Shown here: piece after piece, positions 61,444 to 64,000 of the stretch
Layout: each line of letters starts with the position of its first letter
How positions within the stretch are numbered: the stretch's first letter is position 1
Assembly: GCF_036971445.1 (NCBI RefSeq)
Contig: NC_091469.1
Span: 212,784,001 to 212,848,000, forward strand
Reading direction: 5' to 3'
From: Narcine bancroftii
Lineage: Eukaryota
DNA length: 64,000 bases
The notes under the pieces: model-generated
Database searches by the model: none
Told to the model about the DNA's origin: nothing
Seen by the model: the letters and a program-made list of their open reading frames with translations, nothing else
Made by a program: the position numbers and the translations under genes

Positions 61444-62042
61444 ACTGAGGGATGAAGACGGGTAATGAGAGCAAAAATTATCACGATTGATATGTATGTG
61501 GGTAAAGACAAAAATAGACTGAGGGATGAAGACGGGTAAGGAGGGTAAAAATGACCACGATTGATATGTATGCAGGTAAAGAGGTATAAGAGTGAATAGA
61601 GACAATGGGCATATGTGAAAGTATCTGTAATTAGAGGAAAACATAGAGAGTATAGACAAGAATTAATAAGGGAAGGTAATGGAATAGAGAGAATAAGGAG
61701 GGAATTAAAAGAGTGACCTTTGTGACATATAAAAAGCGAAATCTTTTCTGGGGGGGGCTGGGTGGGGGAAAAGAGCGGTCACTGCAAAATCAGTTGACGC
61801 TTGCGAGTGGATTCGCAAATCCAAATGGAGAGGGGAGATGTGGTTGTCCGACAAGGGATAAAGGGCAACTCAGGAGGGGAAGGGGAGATTGGGGATAAAG
61901 AAGATAGAAATAGGAGAATAAGGAAAATGTTGGATGTTGTAGGAATGTTGTCTGGTAAAGAGTTGAAAATAAGAAAACAGAAATGGAAAAGGAGGAAAGG
62001 TAATGATGGAAAAACGGAAAGAGAAGATAAACAAAATATAAA

Positions 62043-64000
62043 ATGGCTACGCTGAACTATATGACTCTAAATATTAATGGAATACATAACCAAATTAAAA
62101 GGAAGAAACTACTAAATTTACTGAAAAAGGAAAAAATAGATATAGCATTTGTCCAAGAAACACACTTAACTGAATTGGAGCACAAGAAATTAAAGAGAGA
62201 TTGGGTAGGACATGTAACAGCAGCATCGTATAATTCAAAAGCAAGAGGAGTGGCTATATTAATTAGCAAGAATGTGCCATTTAAAATAGAAGAGGAAATA
62301 ATAGATCCAGCAGGGAGATATGTTATGATAAAATGTCAGATATATTCAGAGCTTTGGAATCTACTTAATATATATTCACCTAACGAAGAAGATCAAAAGT
62401 TTATGCAAGATATCTTTTTGAAGGTAGCTAATACGCAAGGGAACATACTAATAGGAGGGGATTTCAATCTGAATTTGGATCCAAATATGGATAAAACGGG
62501 GAAAAAAATTAACAGGAAGAACAAAGTAACCAAATTTATAATTAAATCAATGCAAGAAATGAAACTTGTGGACATATGGAGGAAACAAAACCCAAAAGAA
62601 AAGGAATACTCATACTACTCGACTAGACATAAAACATACTCAAGGATAGACCTATTCCTGTTATCAGCCCACATTCAAGGGAGAGTTAGGAAAACGGAAT
62701 ATAAAGCTAGACTATTATCGGACCACTCACCCCTGTTATTGGCAAAAGAGCTAGAGGACATCCCTCCAAGAATGTATAGATGGAGATTAAACCCCATGCT
62801 ACTTAAAAGACAGGATTTTAGAGAATTTATTGAAAAACAATTAAAAATGTACTTTGAAGTAAATACGGAATCAGTGGAAGATAAGTTTATACTATGGGAC
62901 GCAATGAAAGCATTCATTAGAGGGCAAATAATAAGTTATGCAACCAAGATGAAGAAGGACTATAATCAGGAAACAGAGCAGTTGGAAAGGGAAATAATAA
63001 ACATAGAAAAAAAATTAGCAATAAAGGAAGATACAACCAAAAGAAGAGAATTGGCGGATAAAAAAATAAAATATGAAACATTACAAACATATAAGGTGGA
63101 GAAGAATATAATGAAGACAAAACAGAAATATTATGAACTAGGGGAAAAAACACACAAAATCCTAGCATGGCAGCTTAAGACAGAGCAAACTAAGAAAATG
63201 GTATTGGCAACAAGGAAAAAAGACAAACAAATTACATATAATCCAAAAGAAATTAAGGAAAACTTCAGAGAATTCTATGAACAATTATACCGAACCGAAA
63301 ACGAAGGGAAAGAAGGGAAAATAGATGAATTTTTGACTAAAATTGAACTACCAAAACTACAAATAGAGGAACAAAATAAATTAACAGAACCATTTGGAAC
63401 AGTAGAAATACAAGAGATAATAAAAAATTTACCAAATAATAAGACACCAGGAGAGGATGGACTCCCAATAGAATTCTACAAAACATTTAAAGACCTAATA
63501 ATACCGCCCCTCCTGGATGTAATCAACCAGATTGATGAGACACAAAACTTACCAGATTCATGTAAAACAGCAATAATTACAGTGATACTAAAACAAGGGA
63601 AAGATCCACTCTCACCAGCGTCATATAGACCAATATCTCTGCTAAACACAGATTATAAGATAATAGCTAAACTATTAGCGAACAGATTAGCAGAACAGGT
63701 ACCGAAAATGGTAAATTTAGACCAAACTGGATTTATCAAAAAAAGACGCACAACAGACAATATTTGTAAATTTATTAACTTAATTCATGCAGTAGAAGGA
63801 AATAAAGCACCGGCAGTAGCAGTTGCTTTAGACGCAGAGAAGGCCTTCGACAGAGTAGAATGGAATTACTTGTTCAAAGTATTGCAAAAATTCAGTTTAC
63901 CGGAGAAGTATATTAATTGGATTAAAGCATTATATAAGGGACCGTTAGCGAAAGTGACAGTAAATGGACATGTATCAAAGCAATTTAACTTAAGCAGGTC
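62043..64000 (+). CDS. L1 ORF2p (endonuclease-RT), partial
   Basis: ATG at 62043; TLNINGI, QETH, GGDFN, SRIDL, SDH, YRPISLLN, LDAEKAFDRVEW; no stop seen before the window end. Confidence 0.9.
   Translation, partial: MATLNYMTLNINGIHNQIKRKKLLNLLKKEKIDIAFVQETHLTELEHKKLKRDWVGHVTAASYNSKARGVAILISKNVPFKIEEEIIDPAGRYVMIKCQIYSELWNLLNIYSPNEEDQKFMQDIFLKVANTQGNILIGGDFNLNLDPNMDKTGKKINRKNKVTKFIIKSMQEMKLVDIWRKQNPKEKEYSYYSTRHKTYSRIDLFLLSAHIQGRVRKTEYKARLLSDHSPLLLAKELEDIPPRMYRWRLNPMLLKRQDFREFIEKQLKMYFEVNTESVEDKFILWDAMKAFIRGQIISYATKMKKDYNQETEQLEREIINIEKKLAIKEDTTKRRELADKKIKYETLQTYKVEKNIMKTKQKYYELGEKTHKILAWQLKTEQTKKMVLATRKKDKQITYNPKEIKENFREFYEQLYRTENEGKEGKIDEFLTKIELPKLQIEEQNKLTEPFGTVEIQEIIKNLPNNKTPGEDGLPIEFYKTFKDLIIPPLLDVINQIDETQNLPDSCKTAIITVILKQGKDPLSPASYRPISLLNTDYKIIAKLLANRLAEQVPKMVNLDQTGFIKKRRTTDNICKFINLIHAVEGNKAPAVAVALDAEKAFDRVEWNYLFKVLQKFSLPEKYINWIKALYKGPLAKVTVNGHVSKQFNLSR

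Larger units (their letters stand above)
60089..64000 (+). mobile_element. Young L1 LINE, 5' intact, runs off the window end
   Basis: 5' UTR starting ggaggagtcacgtgatgg; uninterrupted ORF1 and ORF2. Confidence 0.95.

Overview
Eukaryotic genomic DNA from a cartilaginous fish (shark, ray or skate, inferred from the Ig isotype and SINE families). The first ~25 kb hold the constant region of one immunoglobulin heavy-chain cluster on the + strand, most consistent with IgW. Exon order: CH1 (459-761), CH2 (1761-2066), a Cys-rich short secretory tail exon absent from the ORF track (2713-2837), CH3, CH4, CH5, CH6 with tailpiece and polyA (8147-8619). Downstream of that polyA lies a duplicated cassette: a decayed copy of the short tail (11299-11429) plus intact CH3' and CH4' exons (14164-14872), then TM1 (23216-23358) and TM2 (24206-24217). 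The internal CH6 donor normally used to reach TM reads GC, not GT. The most interesting inference is that membrane and secreted IgW may use different paralogous CH3/CH4 exons, or that an 8-domain receptor exists. V, D and J segments are not in the window. The rest is densely nested mobile DNA: a young tRNA-Pro class I ERV inside a Gypsy LTR, several L1 copies (one apparently intact), CR1, RTE, L2, Rex1, a HERO-like element, V-SINEs and Harbinger-like MITEs. There is also a G-rich minisatellite whose unit contains CACAGTG. All calls come from manual reading; no database search was run.
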